Source of the DNA: Squalus acanthias
Lineage: Eukaryota
Length of the DNA: 64,000 nucleotides
Assembly (NCBI GenBank): GCA_030390025.1
Contig: CM059432.1
Location: 96,226,001-96,290,000, forward strand
Reading direction: 5' to 3'
Positions 48,507 to 61,190 of this stretch are shown piece after piece (within the stretch, counting starts at the first letter, position 1; each line of letters begins with the position of its first letter). Below the pieces are notes generated by a model, which searched no databases, was not told where the DNA came from, and saw only the letters and a program-made list of their open reading frames with translations. The position numbers and the translations under genes were made by a program.

Positions 48507-50050
48507 TTAACGGACTAGGCGGACCAGAAATAGCCGCAGACGTTTAGCTCTCTGCTTGTGACTGGAAGGCACGTCTCCCCGGACCGTGTCCTGGTCCCTG
48601 GGTCGCTTGGCCCGTACCGGTAAGTCAGTAGAGTCCGCGTCATCTTGATCATCCTGTGGAGGACTGGGAATATCATGACTCCGGGTGCGGGTCCCCACAG
48701 GTGCTGAGCTGGCCTCATCCCGGGTCGTGGCTGGAGATTGTCCGGCGTCCTGGTTTCGGGTGGCCATCCTACGGGGAGCGTCCAGCTCCCTGAGTTGATC
48801 CGGTAGCGTTGCCGGCAGATCCCCCGATGTCCCAGGCGGGGCGTCATTTTCATAGGGGTGCGGAGTGTTGATATCATTGTCGGGGGATCCTTCATCATTC
48901 GGGCCCGTGTGACCGGTTGGGCAGGGAGCCAGATCTCGGAGCGAGACGGTGGTCTCCCGGCCATCAGGGTACTGTACGTGCGCATACGTGGGGTTTACCT
49001 CCGTTAACTCCACCTCGTCAACGAGAGGGTCGTTTTTGGCAGACCGGACGAACCTCCGTAGTAGTACCGGGCCTGGAGCCACCAACCATGACGGTAGAGA
49101 CGTCCCATATGTAGAGCGACGCCGGAATTTGAAGAATCGCTCATGAGGCGTGACATTAGTAGATGTGGAGAGAAGAGACCTGATAGAGTGTAACGCGTCG
49201 GGGAGCACCGTTTCCCACTGCTGGTCCAGCAGGTTGCGTGACCTTAGTGCCAGACGGACAGCGTTCCAGATGATGGCATTGTATCGTTCAACCTGTCCGT
49301 TACCGATTGGGTGATATGGTGTCGTCTTACTTGAGGCGATTCCCCGTTGGGAGAGATAACTTTTAAGTTCACTCGACATAAAGGAGGGACCCCGATCAGT
49401 GTGGATAAAATTGGCCGTCCCGCAAAGGGAAAAGACCTGATCGAGGCATTTAATTACCGTAGAGGTAAGCATATTAGGGCAGGGGAAGGCGAAGGGAAAG
49501 CGTGAATACTCGTCCACCATCGTAAGTAGGTAGGTGTTCCTTGTCGACGAAGGCAATGGCCCTTTAAAGTCTATGCTGAGCCTCTGCATAGGCTGCATTG
49601 CATGTATGAGTAAGCCATCTGATGGGCGAAAGAATTGTGGTTTCAATTCTGCACAAATCCTACAGGAGGAGCATGTTTTCTTTACGTCCTCGGTTGAAAA
49701 TGGTAGATTTTTGGAGCGCACAAAGTGCAACATGCGGGTCACACCAGGATGGCATAAGTCCATATGCAAATCCGCCAGAGTCGACGTTGACATTGAGGAG
49801 CAAAATGCCCGTGTGAAGGTATCTGGGGCCACGTTCTGTTTGCTGGGTCGGTAACAGATAGTATATCCAAAGGCAGCCAGCTCCATCCTCCAGAGTTGAA
49901 TTTTATTATTTTTGATTTTCGTGCGCCTCCGGTTATCCAACATGAAGGCCACAGAGCGCTGGTCAGTTATAAGCGTAAAATGACGCCGAGCAAGAAAATT
50001 ACCCCATTGGCGTACAGCCTCGATGATGGCCGTAGCCTCCTTCTCGACGG
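48507..50050 (-). CDS. Gypsy RNase H C-terminus plus integrase (continuation after frameshift)
   Basis: VEKEA, TDQRS, HPG..CRIC, DDE core. Confidence 0.88.
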
Positions 50051-52806
50051 GGGGGGTAATGGAGCTCGCTACCCTGCAAGGTTCTGGATAGGAATGCCAC
50101 GGGTCGGCCACCTTGATTCAAGGTAGCGGAGATCGCCACCTCCGATGCATCGCATTCGACCACAAAAGGAAGATTTTCGTCAATGGAGCGAAGCGTGGCT
50201 TTCTCCAGCTGTCGTTTGAGGAGGTTGAAGGCAGAAATAGCCGTAGCTTCCAATGGAAAAGACTTCGCATGGAGCAGGGGCTGTATTTTATCGGAGAAGT
50301 GTGGTATCCATTTTGCGTAATAAGCAAACATGCCAAGTGCCCGACGAAGAGAGCCGAGGTTCGTCGGGGGAGGGAGCTCCTGAAGTGGACGAAGTCGCTC
50401 TGGGTCCGGTTTAATAACACCGTTGCCCACCCAGTAGCCAAGAATGTTCACCGATGGCACCGACTTCACCGATTTGGATTCGTTTAACGTTAAGTGGCGA
50501 CGGCGGAGTACGTCAAAAAATCTCTGAAGATTGGCGTCATGCTCCTTTTGATCATGGCCGGCAATAGTGATATTGTCTAAATACGGAAAGGTATCCGTCA
50601 AGTTCTCTTGCCGGACTAGGCCATCCATGGCCCGTTGGAAGACGGCCACCCCATTGGTGACCCCGAATGGAAGGCGGCGAAACTGGAAAAGCCGACCATT
50701 GGCCTCAAAGGCCGTATACTTCTTGTCGGAGTCTTGCAGTGGCACCTGATGGTACGCGCTTTTTAAATCGAAGGTCAAGAATACCTTGTATTTGGCAAGG
50801 TTGTTGACCATGTCATCTATGCGTGGCAGCGAGTAGGCATCCAGATCGGTATATAGATTAATAGTCTGCGAATAATCGATACACAGACGTTTTTTATGTT
50901 GTTTTAAGGGATTCCTCACGATGACGACCTGAGCCCGCCAGGGAGATGAACATGGCTCGATAATACCGTCGACTAAAAGGCGAGAGATTTCCGCCTCAAT
51001 AAACGCTCGATCATCTTGGCTAAAGCGCCGCGATTTGGTGGCTATGGGTTTACAGCGGGGGGGAAGATTGGCAAACAGGGAGGGTTCACCGAGTAAGGCC
51101 GCCGAGAGTGCACAAAACGGCACCTTAGAAATGGTAAGCTCCGGCCTTGACCCTCCAAACTCAAAAGTGATCTTCTTGTGCTGCTTCTGGAAGTCCTGTC
51201 CCAGAAGCACATCGCTGCATAAGTTTGCGAGTACTCCGAGCCGGGTGGAGAGATACGTGCGGCCGTTGAGGATGAGGTTGACCAGACAGAAGCCAGAAGA
51301 ATTGGTGGTCAGAGTCGTCAGAGCCATTGCAATCTCCCTGTCCGAGGGATAAATGTGCAGTTTTAACCTGTTGACAGCCCGCTTACTAATGAAGCTGTCA
51401 GAGCTGCAGGAGTCGATTAGTGCGCTTAGAGTGTGCCCATTTACTGAAACCTTCGTGGCTGCATGGGACAAACTTTGGGGAAAAACAGCCGTGATGGGAG
51501 GAGGGGCAATTTTCCCTTCGGCAACTGTAGCCTTAACAGTAGTTCTTGGGGGAGGAGCAGCTCCATAGATAGCAGCTGTGAAGCTAACAGGAGCTCTCGA
51601 CCGGTATACTTTAGAGGAGCGGCCTTTCTTGTTAGCAAAGGCCCGTGACTGGCATACCTTGGAAAAGTGTCCTTTCTTGCTGCAATGATTGCAGGTCACA
51701 TTACGAGCCGGGCAAAATTTTCTGTGATGGCACGCCCCTCCACAAAAGAAACACTTTCTTCCTGATTGCCAGGATGCTGCTAGGGCGGGGTCGTCATCAG
51801 CGAAGGCCTCTAGGGTAGGGTCGTCGTCCATTAGAGTAGAGTCAACATCAGTGGGGGCATCCGCCCGAGACCTACCGAAAGACTCATTAAAGGAGATAGC
51901 CGCCGCCCGTGCACGTGGTGGGAGATAAGTGTCTGCATTTTTCTTGGCCAAGTCCAAGGAACACGCCTGGTCATAAGCAGCCCGTAAATTGAGGGTTTTA
52001 TTTTCCAGCAGGCGCTGACGTATAAAAGGGGACGCGATTCCATTGATAAAGGAATCGCGGATTAGTTCCTCTTGATACTGTTCAGCTGAAACTGCTTTAA
52101 GGTTACAATCCTTGCTGAGCCTGCGAAGTTTCTGGAGAAATTCATCGAGTGATTCCCCAGGCTGCTGCCGAGTTGTGGCCAGTAGGTGTCGAGCAAAGAT
52201 TTCATTTGGGGACTTGACATATAGCTGCTGTAAGATTTCGATAGCAGTGTCATAGTCTATACAGTCCTCAATATAATCATACACATGAGGAGACACGTGG
52301 TTGATAAGCATTCGTAACTTATTAGGGACATCCGCCCCACATTCTTCAAGAAAGTTGCTAAAGGTACGAAACCAATGCTTCCATACCTTTGCATTTATGA
52401 AGCCCAAGATCCCATATGCTTTGCTAACCATTCTCTCAATATGTCCTGCCACTTTCAGGGACCTTTGCACATTAACTCCCAGGTCCCTCTGTCCCTGCAC
52501 ACTCTTTAAAACTGTGCCATTAAGTGTATATTGCCTCTCCCTGTTCCTTCTGCCAAAATGCATCACCCCACATTTCTCTGTATTAAATTCCATCTGCCAC
52601 TTGTTTGCCCATTCTGCTAGCCTTTCTATGTCCTGTTGCAATTGATTGGTATCATTCTCACTGTTTGCCACACCCCCAAGTTTGGTCTCATCGGCAAATT
52701 TAGAAATTCTACTCTGTATTCCAATATCCAGGTCATTTATATATATCAAAAATAGCAGTGGCCCCAGCATTGACCCTTGGGGAACACCACTGTCTACCAT
52801 CTCCAT
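49999..52806 (-). CDS. Chimeric 935-aa ORF: CR1 RT fragment fused in frame to Gypsy gag-PR-RT-RNaseH
   Basis: PQGSMLGP..FADE..GILGFIN (CR1) | AKVWKHWFRTF (gag); junction at 52392/52393. Confidence 0.8.
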   Translation of the reverse strand: MEMVDSGVPQGSMLGPLLFLIYINDLDIGIQSRISKFADETKLGGVANSENDTNQLQQDIERLAEWANKWQMEFNTEKCGVMHFGRRNRERQYTLNGTVLKSVQGQRDLGVNVQRSLKVAGHIERMVSKAYGILGFINAKVWKHWFRTFSNFLEECGADVPNKLRMLINHVSPHVYDYIEDCIDYDTAIEILQQLYVKSPNEIFARHLLATTRQQPGESLDEFLQKLRRLSKDCNLKAVSAEQYQEELIRDSFINGIASPFIRQRLLENKTLNLRAAYDQACSLDLAKKNADTYLPPRARAAAISFNESFGRSRADAPTDVDSTLMDDDPTLEAFADDDPALAASWQSGRKCFFCGGACHHRKFCPARNVTCNHCSKKGHFSKVCQSRAFANKKGRSSKVYRSRAPVSFTAAIYGAAPPPRTTVKATVAEGKIAPPPITAVFPQSLSHAATKVSVNGHTLSALIDSCSSDSFISKRAVNRLKLHIYPSDREIAMALTTLTTNSSGFCLVNLILNGRTYLSTRLGVLANLCSDVLLGQDFQKQHKKITFEFGGSRPELTISKVPFCALSAALLGEPSLFANLPPRCKPIATKSRRFSQDDRAFIEAEISRLLVDGIIEPCSSPWRAQVVIVRNPLKQHKKRLCIDYSQTINLYTDLDAYSLPRIDDMVNNLAKYKVFLTFDLKSAYHQVPLQDSDKKYTAFEANGRLFQFRRLPFGVTNGVAVFQRAMDGLVRQENLTDTFPYLDNITIAGHDQKEHDANLQRFFDVLRRRHLTLNESKSVKSVPSVNILGYWVGNGVIKPDPERLRPLQELPPPTNLGSLRRALGMFAYYAKWIPHFSDKIQPLLHAKSFPLEATAISAFNLLKRQLEKATLRSIDENLPFVVECDASEVAISATLNQGGRPVAFLSRTLQGSELHYPPRREGGYGHHRGCTPMG

Positions 52807-55800
52807 TTTGAAAAACAGCCATTTACCACAACTCGCTGTTTTCTATCCTTAAGCCAATTCCTTATCCAAGCTGCCACTGACTCACTTATTCCACGAGCCT
52901 AAATTTTGTTAACCAGCCTTCTATGTGGAACTTTGTCAAACGCTTTCCTAAAATCCATGAAGACAACAGCCATTGCATTCCCTTCATCAATCCTCCCTGT
53001 TACTTCATCAAAAAATTCAATTAGATTAGTCAAACACGATCTGCCTTTTACAAATCCGTGTTGGCTCTCCTCAATTAGCTTAAACCTCTCCAAGTGCACA
53101 TTAATTTTTTCCTTGATTATTGTTTCTAAAACTTTACCCACCACTGATGTTAAACTGACCGGCCTATAGTTACTAGAATTGTCCTTACACCCTTTCTTCA
53201 ATAATGGTGTCACATTTGCCACTTTCCAATTCTCAGGCACCTCCCCCGCATCTAGGGAAGATTGGAAAATTATGGCAAGCCCTTCCGCTATCTCCTCCCC
53301 CAATTCCCTTAGCAACCTGGGATGCAAGTCATCTGGGCCAGGCGACGTGTCCACTCTAAGCATGCCCAGCCTTTCTAGTACATCCTGTCTATCAATTTTC
53401 ACCCCTTCTACCTTTTCCACTTCTACCGATATTTTTCAGCATCCACCTCCTTAGTAAACACCGATACGAAGTATACATTGCGTATTCTAGCCTTGCCCTG
53501 CGTCTCTAAGCATATATCACCTTCTTTGTCCCTAATAGGCCCCACCCTGCCTCTTACTACCTGCTTACTGTTTACATGCCGGTAGAAGATTTTTGGATTC
53601 CCTTTTATGTTAATCGCCATTCTACTCTCATATTCTCTCTTTGCCAATCTTATTTTCATCTTCACTTCCCCTCTCAACTGATTGTATTTGGTCTGGTTCT
53701 CCCTTGAAGAATTCACCTGACATGCATCATACACGCTCTTTTTTTTTCATCATCTTCTCTATCTCCTTTGTCATCCAAGGAGCCCTGGCTTTGGTTCCCT
53801 TACCCTTCCCTCTTGTTGGAATGTACCTAGCCTGTACTTGGAACATCTTGGAAGTTCCACTCTAGATTGTTCCTTGCTCCTCTCCATTGTTAATCTAAAT
53901 CTTATGATACGATGATCACTCCTAGCCAAGCGTTCTCCCACAAACACTTGGTCGACCTGGCCCACCTCATTCCCCAGCACCAGGTGCATTTCCTCCTTCC
54001 TAGTTGGGCCAAGAAAATATTGGTCAAGGAAATTCTCCTGAACACATTTCAGAAATTCCTCCCCCTCATTTCTCTTGACCCTAGCATCATCCCAATCGAT
54101 ATTTGGGTAATTAAAGTCCCCCAATATCACCACTCTATAGCTCTTGCATATCTCTGTGATTTCCCTGCAGATTTGCTCCTCTACTTCCCTCTCACTATTT
54201 GGAGGCCTATAGAATACCCCCACTCGCGTGATCATACCCTTTTTGCTCCTCAACTCTAACCAAATGGATTCTGGCCTTGTCCCCTCAAGAACATCCTCCC
54301 TTTCCAACACTACAATGTCTTCCTTAATCAGCACTGCCACCCCACCTCCCTTTTTTCCTTCCCTATCTTTTCTGAACACCTTGTACCCTTGAATATTAAG
54401 TGCCCAGTCCTCACTGCTTTCGTTATTGCCACAACATCATATTGCCACACGACTAATTGTGCCTATATCTCAACAACCTTATTCACCACACTTTGTGCAT
54501 TTATGTACATGTATTCTAAACCCATTTTTGAATTTTTCGGAGTCTTTCTTGGTCTGCTCCTATCTAATATGGTACTACTTCCGCCTCTCATACTTCTTTC
54601 TTCTCTAGTACTATCCAACACACTCACTCTTTTATGCACCTTATTCCTCTTTTCTACTCCTATATGTTGGTGCCCATCACCCTGCCAAGCCAATTTAAAT
54701 GCTCCCCAACAGCACCAGCAAACCCCCCTGCGAGAATATTGGTCCTGGCTCTGTTGAGGTATAACCCGTCCAGCTTGTACAGGAGATTACTACCTTTGAG
54801 GTCGTGCTTTTTAATATCTTTTCTAGCTCCCTATAGTCTGCCTGCAGGATCTCATCCCTCTTTCTGCCTATGTCATTGGTACCGATATGGACAACGACCT
54901 CTGGCTGTTCACCCTCCCCCCTCAGAGTGTCCTGCAGCCGCTCAGTGACTTCCTTGACCCTGGCACCAGGGAGGCAACATACCATCCTGGAGTAGCGTCT
55001 ACATCCACAGAAACGTCTATCTGCTTCCCTAACTAATGAATCCCCTATCACTATTGCTCTTCCACTCTTCTTCCTCCCCCCCTGTGCAGCTGAGCCACCC
55101 GTGGTGCGGTGACCTTGGCTGTGGCTGCTCTCCCCAGAGGAACCATCACCCCCACCAGTTTCCAGAACTGTGAACCGGTTAGTGAGTGAGATGCACTCTG
55201 GGGATTCCTGCCCTACCTGCCTGGTCCTCCTTCTCTGTCTGCTCGGTCACCCATTCCCTCTCTGCCTGCACATTCTGAGGCTGCGGGGTGACCACTTCTA
55301 GAAATGTGCTTTCCAAGTATTTCTCAGCCTCGCGGATGCACTGTAGTGACTTCAGCTGCCGCTCAAGCTCTGAAACCCGGAGCTCGAGTTACTGCAGTTG
55401 GCGACACTTCCTGCACACATCGTCGTCCAGGCCGCAAGAAGCATCCAGGATTTCCCACATGGCACAGGATGTGCAAATCACAGGACTGAGCTGCCCTGCC
55501 ATGCCTCTATTTACCAGACTATGGAGGTAATTTGGCAGAAATAAACTTAAAACTTAACAAGAAACACTCAACAGCTACCCACCAATCAGCACTTCCCTCT
55601 ATTAGATAGGCTATGAACTACTTAGCAGAAATATACTCAAACAGAACGAAAAAAAACTTACCACAAATACTCACCCGACACTCACCCGATACTCACCTCC
55701 CAGCTCCCTTGTGCCAGCAACACCTTCAAATTCTGATGTCACTCCTTCGTTGTGTCACTTGCCGACTGTTTCCCTTGCAGATCGTCCGCTCACTCAGACT

Positions 55801-56199
55801 CTTGTTCAAATAATTCTGGAAAAAAAATGTTGTGTTTGACTTCTAGTTATAGTTAATTATAGTACCCTCTTGGTGCTTCTGAATGCTTCTTGTACATTTT
55901 TTGGAACATCCTCTGTTCTTCTTGGCGGTTTGGCTCACCTTTCTCCCTCAGGCTTTGTAGCGATTGTCTTTACTTACTCATTTCACATTGTATTGCCGTG
56001 CTAATTCACTTAGGATCATGCCAAATAGTGTATCAGCTGCAACAGCTGAAAGAGAAAGGAGCTGTGCTGTTAAAGTACCTTATCCTATCTCAGAATCATT
56101 TCAAAGTGCTTTACATATTGACTGTTATTATGTAAGAAAATGTTGCAACCATTTTGCTTGCACCAAATTTCCATAAACATGAATGAGACATATGACTAG

Positions 56200-56410
56200 T
56201 TGTTAGCACTCTTTCCCCTGAGTCAGAAGGTTGTGGGTTGAAGCCTCACTCCAAAGAATTGAGTTCATAATCTAGACTGACACCTCAATGCACTGCTGAG
56301 GGAGTGCTGCACTGTCAGAGTTGCTGTCTTTTGGATGAGATGCTAAACCGAGGCCCCATGTATCCTCTCAGGTGGGCATAAAAGATCCCATGGAACTATT
56401 TGAAGAACAG
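56200..56410 (+). mobile_element. Deu-domain SINE (SacSINE1/AmnSINE1-like), truncated
   Basis: tRNA-like head then GAGTGCTGCACTGTCAGAG..GTCTTTTGGATGAGATGCTAAACCGAGGCCCC..CTCAGGTGG..TAAAAGATCCCATGG, recognised from memory as the Deu domain. Confidence 0.7.
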
Positions 56411-56639
56411 TGCAATTGGTTGAGGAGGATTTTTGATCAGAAAATAGTGCCATTTCATCTTCAATGTCCTTCCTATTAGACCTTCTACTGAGTCTAATAC
56501 AAGGTGGGGACAGCATTTCAAACAGAAGGTTTTGTCATGTTCGGTGCATAGCCAATCTTGCTTCAATAATTCTGGTGTTTTAATGACACATCCTATTTTT
56601 TGACAAGCAAAGAATTCTCTTAAATACAACCTTCTCAAT

Positions 56640-57005
56640 AGGTGCTGGAGGTAAGCCACTCGCTGTAGAATACCCAGTCTCTGACTTGTTCTAGTAGCCA
56701 CTGAATTTATGTGGCTGGTCAATAGTGGTCCCCCCAGGATATTTTTGGTGGGGGACTCAGAGATGGTAATGTAATTGAATGTCAAGGGGAGGTGGTTAGG
56801 CTCTCTCTTGTTGGAGATGGTCATGGCTTGGCACTTGTGTGGCATGAATGTTACTTGCCACTAATCAGTTCAAGCCTGGATGTTGTCCAGGTCTTACTGC
56901 ATGCAGGCACTGACTGTTTCATTATCTGAGGAATTGTGAATGGAGCTGAACACTGTGCTATCAGTGAACAGCCCTACTTCTGACCTTTTTATGGGAAGGT
57001 CATTA
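56640..57005 (-). mobile_element. Older fragment of the 65-3239 LINE family
   Basis: PHKCQAMTISNKRE...TSHINSVATR matches 2495-2690. Confidence 0.85.
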
Positions 57006-57940
57006 ATGGAGAGCATAGCTCCTTCAAGCCAGCCTATTTCCAGTGTGAATTAGTTCACTTCCTATACTAGCCATCTTCTTACCTAACCAGATGAGGTTAC
57101 CAGTTTGTTTCACTTCATTTGTAGCTTTGTGCTGTGGTGCCACACACTCTGAAAACTGAAAAAACCCAAAGAATAGAACAAAGCAAAAATTGATTAATAT
57201 TAATCATAATTAATTGTAACAGTTTGATTTTAAGAGGGCATCTTGGTAGCAGCACTCTTCCTTTAATTTATTTTTTCTTTCTTTCTGAATCAAAATTGAA
57301 TCTAAAAATAGTGATAATAGCAATTTGGGATCTTCTCACATCTTGCAGCTTATGATGTTGTGTAGCTAATGATAGGCAAAATTAGTCCCATGAAAAAGTG
57401 GTGTCACATTGGTGTTATGACAGTGCTCTTGAGGCAGCAGCCATTGTATAAATTGCAGTTAGAGCTGTTCTGTGATCTATCTATTTGGCTTGAGGATTAA
57501 ATGTAATTTGATTGCCTATATTGCATTGATATTCCAAGTATATTTATTCAAACACTTTCAGGCTTCAAAACAATCAAACTTTACTTACTAACACTTCTGC
57601 TGTAAAAATTATTACTGTTGCTGCTTTTAAAATTAAATGGTAAATCTTGTCATCCAAAGCTAAAACTAGGTCAGGCACATTAAGCTAAAATTTAGAACCA
57701 CGAGGATCATCAGAGAATTAAATTAGATTAGCAAATGAACGATGGCATCAAAATAGAACTGAAAGATTCTCGAAGGAATAACTGATAACCTTTATGGTGT
57801 GACAAAAAGTGTCACATTTTGTTAGTTGGAGGCAGCTAGGGAATTTTCATAATGGAATAAAAATAAGACCTCAAACTTGAGATTACTACCATTAAAAGGT
57901 ATGAAGTAGTTAAAGAAATTAATCACCAGATCAAGATTAC

Positions 57941-59237
57941 ATGGGCTAGACAGTAACATTTTACATGGGCCCTACATAGGAGCGCCACTCAGCTGGTGAT
58001 GCTGTGTCCAGGAATTTCCTGCTTTAATACCACTACTGCACTCTGGGCAAGTTACAGCCATATGAAACAGGTGCAGCTGCTTCACCAGTCACCTGATTCA
58101 GGTGTAAGTGTGGAGTTTGAGAGCTATAAAGGCTCATACAATAATTGCGAGGCGGGAAGGGAGCAGGGAGGAGATTTAATGGTCAGGAAACCTGTGCGGG
58201 GGGAAGATCGGAGGCCAGAGTGGTGGAGGGAAGAGATCAGCGGCCAAAGGGGTGGGGGGGGAGAAATCGGAGGCCGGTGTCGGGGGTTGATTGGAAGGGT
58301 TGGGGAGGAGCTTGGAAGGGTCGGGGGAGGGCGTGAGATCGAAAGCCTGGGGGCGGGTGGGAGATCGGAGGCCAGAGTCGCCCACCTCCTCCATATATTC
58401 AAAATGACTCTGGAGAATGTGTGGCATTCCCCATGGGCACACCTCTCCATGGAAGATGAGGAGGAATTGCAGCACGTAGAGGTGAGGAGAATAAGGTAGC
58501 ATGGCAGAAGACATCAGCCCACCAGGTACTACCCTCCACAGCATGTCTATAGACAGTACAGGCCCTTCGAGGACCTTTCAGAGGAGCTCTATGTTTGAAG
58601 GGTGTGATTATCCAAGGCTGCCATTGCACAGCTGTGCAACCTTTTTCAAAAGGATCTTAAACCTCGCTTCAGCACCAGAACAGCTCTGTCTGTTGCTATG
58701 AAAGTGACCACTGACCTGCATTTATTCTGCATCAAAACCTTGAAAGCGCTACAGGGAATCTATGCAATTTCACCCAGGAGACAGTCCCTCCAGTCTCTCA
58801 TCTCTTCCTGGAGGGCTAGTGGATCTTCCTGTGAAATATTCACAGCCCTTTGACGAAATGCTAACCTGTCATGTTGCCCTGTAACAATAGCTGGCCTGTT
58901 CCTGCTCGTGGCTCTGGCAAGAGCTACTTCAGATGAAGGTGAACGATGCCTTGAGTGGATAAAATGCAAAGGGGTAGAGGAAAGAATCTCTGCAACCTCC
59001 CCTTGCCATCCCCAAGTGCTGCAATGAAGACTACAGTCTTTACAGCAGCTATACTGCTTCTGCACTGAGGTTTCCTGGGGCCTAAGCTGCTCACTGCGCT
59101 TTTAGAACACAATTACACCAGAACTTCGTATGCAATTTAACTTACACAGGAAACTTGCATGCAACTCCCTCTGTGGGTGAATGGGTAACTTTCTGGTACA
59201 ACAATGGCACAACGGACATTGAAGAAATTCAGAGCCA
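57941..59237 (+). mobile_element. Decayed Harbinger derivative with transposase N-terminal remnant (~58450-58790)
   Basis: YPP.HVYR and ALSVAMKVTTDL-like segments parallel 8370-8600; GGGCTAGA / TCAGAGCC ends. Confidence 0.5.
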
Positions 59238-59619
59238 TGGTGAGCATTGATACAACTACCTTTTTTAGCTAGACAGATTTTGCCGTGAACATGGATGAAA
59301 ATTAGCAGGTAGGAATTGTGGTAATGATAAGTGTTATTTTCTCACTATGTTCCCCATGAGAACTAGACTGTGTTCACATAGACCTGAGGAAGGAACTATT
59401 GGGCTGATTGGACACTTCTGGCATAGAGCAGCATTCGCAGAAAGCAATTCCTGGGAAACTACAAGCCCACAGTGCCTGATTGATCTGTCCCAACTGTGGA
59501 ATCAGCCCTATGTGTGTACTAATTGGCTACAGTTCAGTGCAGTGAGAAGAGCTGTGCCCTTGATTGGGTGAAAAATATTGAAAAACTAGGCTTCAGCTTT
59601 CCTGATGGCATATTAAGTA

Positions 59620-59800
59620 ACAGCACTGGTTATAACATTGAGTAATACAGACCTAGAAGTTCCCTATTCTGCGAAGTTAGCTGATCTTAGCTGGGGCAGC
59701 AGTTGGGATGCTATAGTTGGCTTAAACATCTTGGGCCAGGGAGGCAGCTCAGGTCATGTCCTTAGTTCTGATTGCTATCCAGTGACCACATGCTGAAAAG
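59620..59800 (+). mobile_element. Old SINE-like fragment, family unassigned
   Basis: GTTAGCTGATCTTAGCTGGGGC...CTGATTGCTATCCAGTGACC resembles a fish/shark SINE body from memory. Confidence 0.35.
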
Positions 59801-59804
59801 TACA

Positions 59805-61190
59805 ACAACCTGCATTCACATAGCTCTAAAGACTCTCCCATTGAGGAAGGAACAGAGGGAATGCACAGGAGGCTGGAGTTGGAGGACGGAAAGGTATGGG
59901 ACGAGATGTAAGGCTGGAGGTGTTTTTGAAATGTAGGAAGGGACAAGGCTAAGGACAGATTTGTAGATAATGATGAGGATTTTGACTTCAATGCAGTGGG
60001 GAACAAGGAGCTGGCAAAGACTAGGATGAGGGCTGAGCAGATGGTATAGGATGCGGGGAATAGAATTTTGGATAAGTTGGAGTTCATGGGGCATAAAGAT
60101 TGGGGGACTGGTAAGGAAGCCATTGAAGAAATCAAGTTTAGAGATAATAAAAGCATGGACAAGGATTTTATGGCAACAGGAGTGAGATGGAAATAGAGAC
60201 AGACAGAGTGAACAACCAGGCAAGAGTTGGTGGCAAGGTTTGAAGTTTTTGGCAGGAGCTGAATAAAATGGCTTCAGTCTTTCCAGTGTTCACTGGAAGA
60301 AATTCTGTCTAATTCAAGATTTGATGTTGGACAGTCTGACAACACAAAGGCGATCATGAAGTCAAGGGAAGCAGTGGAGAAGTAGAGCTGTGTACTATCA
60401 GCATAAATATAGAAACTGATCCTGTGCCGACAGATGATGTCAGTGAGACCAGTGTGTAAATCAAGGAATTGATGAGGTCAAGATTGAATCTTTGGATATA
60501 CCGGAGATGGCCATGCAGGATTGGAAAAAGAAACCATTTCTGCAGATGCTGTGACTGCATTCGGACAGATAGGGTGCAACCACACAAGAACAATCCTGAG
60601 GACGTGGACCACGGAGGAAAGGCAGTGGAGAAAGTTGACATAACCCACTATGTTTAATACTACCAAAAAGTCAAGGAGGCATAGTGCACTGCTGTCAACA
60701 GTCACAGAGGATGTCATGGGTGACTTTGACTAGGATGGTCTCAGTGTTGTGGACAAGGCAGAACCCAGACTGAAATGATTCAAATAGTGAGTTATGGGAG
60801 AGGCAAGCACAGAGTTGAAAGGTGCCGATGCATTCGAGGAATTCAGAGAGGAAAGGGAAGTTTGAGATGGTCCAGTAGATGGAAGGGCCACGGATGGGCT
60901 TTTTAAGGAGGGGATAAACGTTTTGAATGAGGGATGAATGTTTCCTGAGCAAAGGAAGCTATTAACAATGTCATCGAGCATTACAGCACAGAAAGCTAGT
61001 TGACTGGGAAAGGGATTGAGGCAGCAGAAGATGGGTCACATGGAGAAGCTACAGAGATAAGGGATTGGGATAGGGCGAGGGAATGACGGGAGGATGGGAG
61101 TCAGGGATGGAAGGAGAAGGCATTGGTGGCTGTGAGGATTTCCAGTATCTTTGAGACAAAGAGGTCCAATAAGTTTCTTGCATTTGATAT
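59805..61190 (-). mobile_element. Old L2 LINE RT/3' region
   Basis: FQSGF..HNTETILVKVTHDIL and LVHAFIISKLDFFN, L2-type motifs, many frameshifts. Confidence 0.8.

Larger units (their letters stand above)
48254..52392 (-). mobile_element. Ty3/Gypsy LTR retrotransposon lacking 5' LTR, PBS and gag start
   Basis: gag with two Cys/His knuckles, PR LIDSCS, RT YLDN, RNase H CDAS, integrase HX3-6H..CRIC, IDFKGP, HTDRG, NGQVER; order PR-RT-RH-IN. Confidence 0.95.
47655..55800 (-). mobile_element. Near full-length CR1 LINE (different subfamily), degenerate, interrupted by Gypsy
   Basis: ORF1 ATG 55502 (MAGQLSPVICTSCAMW), esterase IGDSLVR/VHIGTND; ORF2 pieces 53771-54379, 52899-53420, 52393-52806, 47721-48253. 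Confidence 0.9.
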
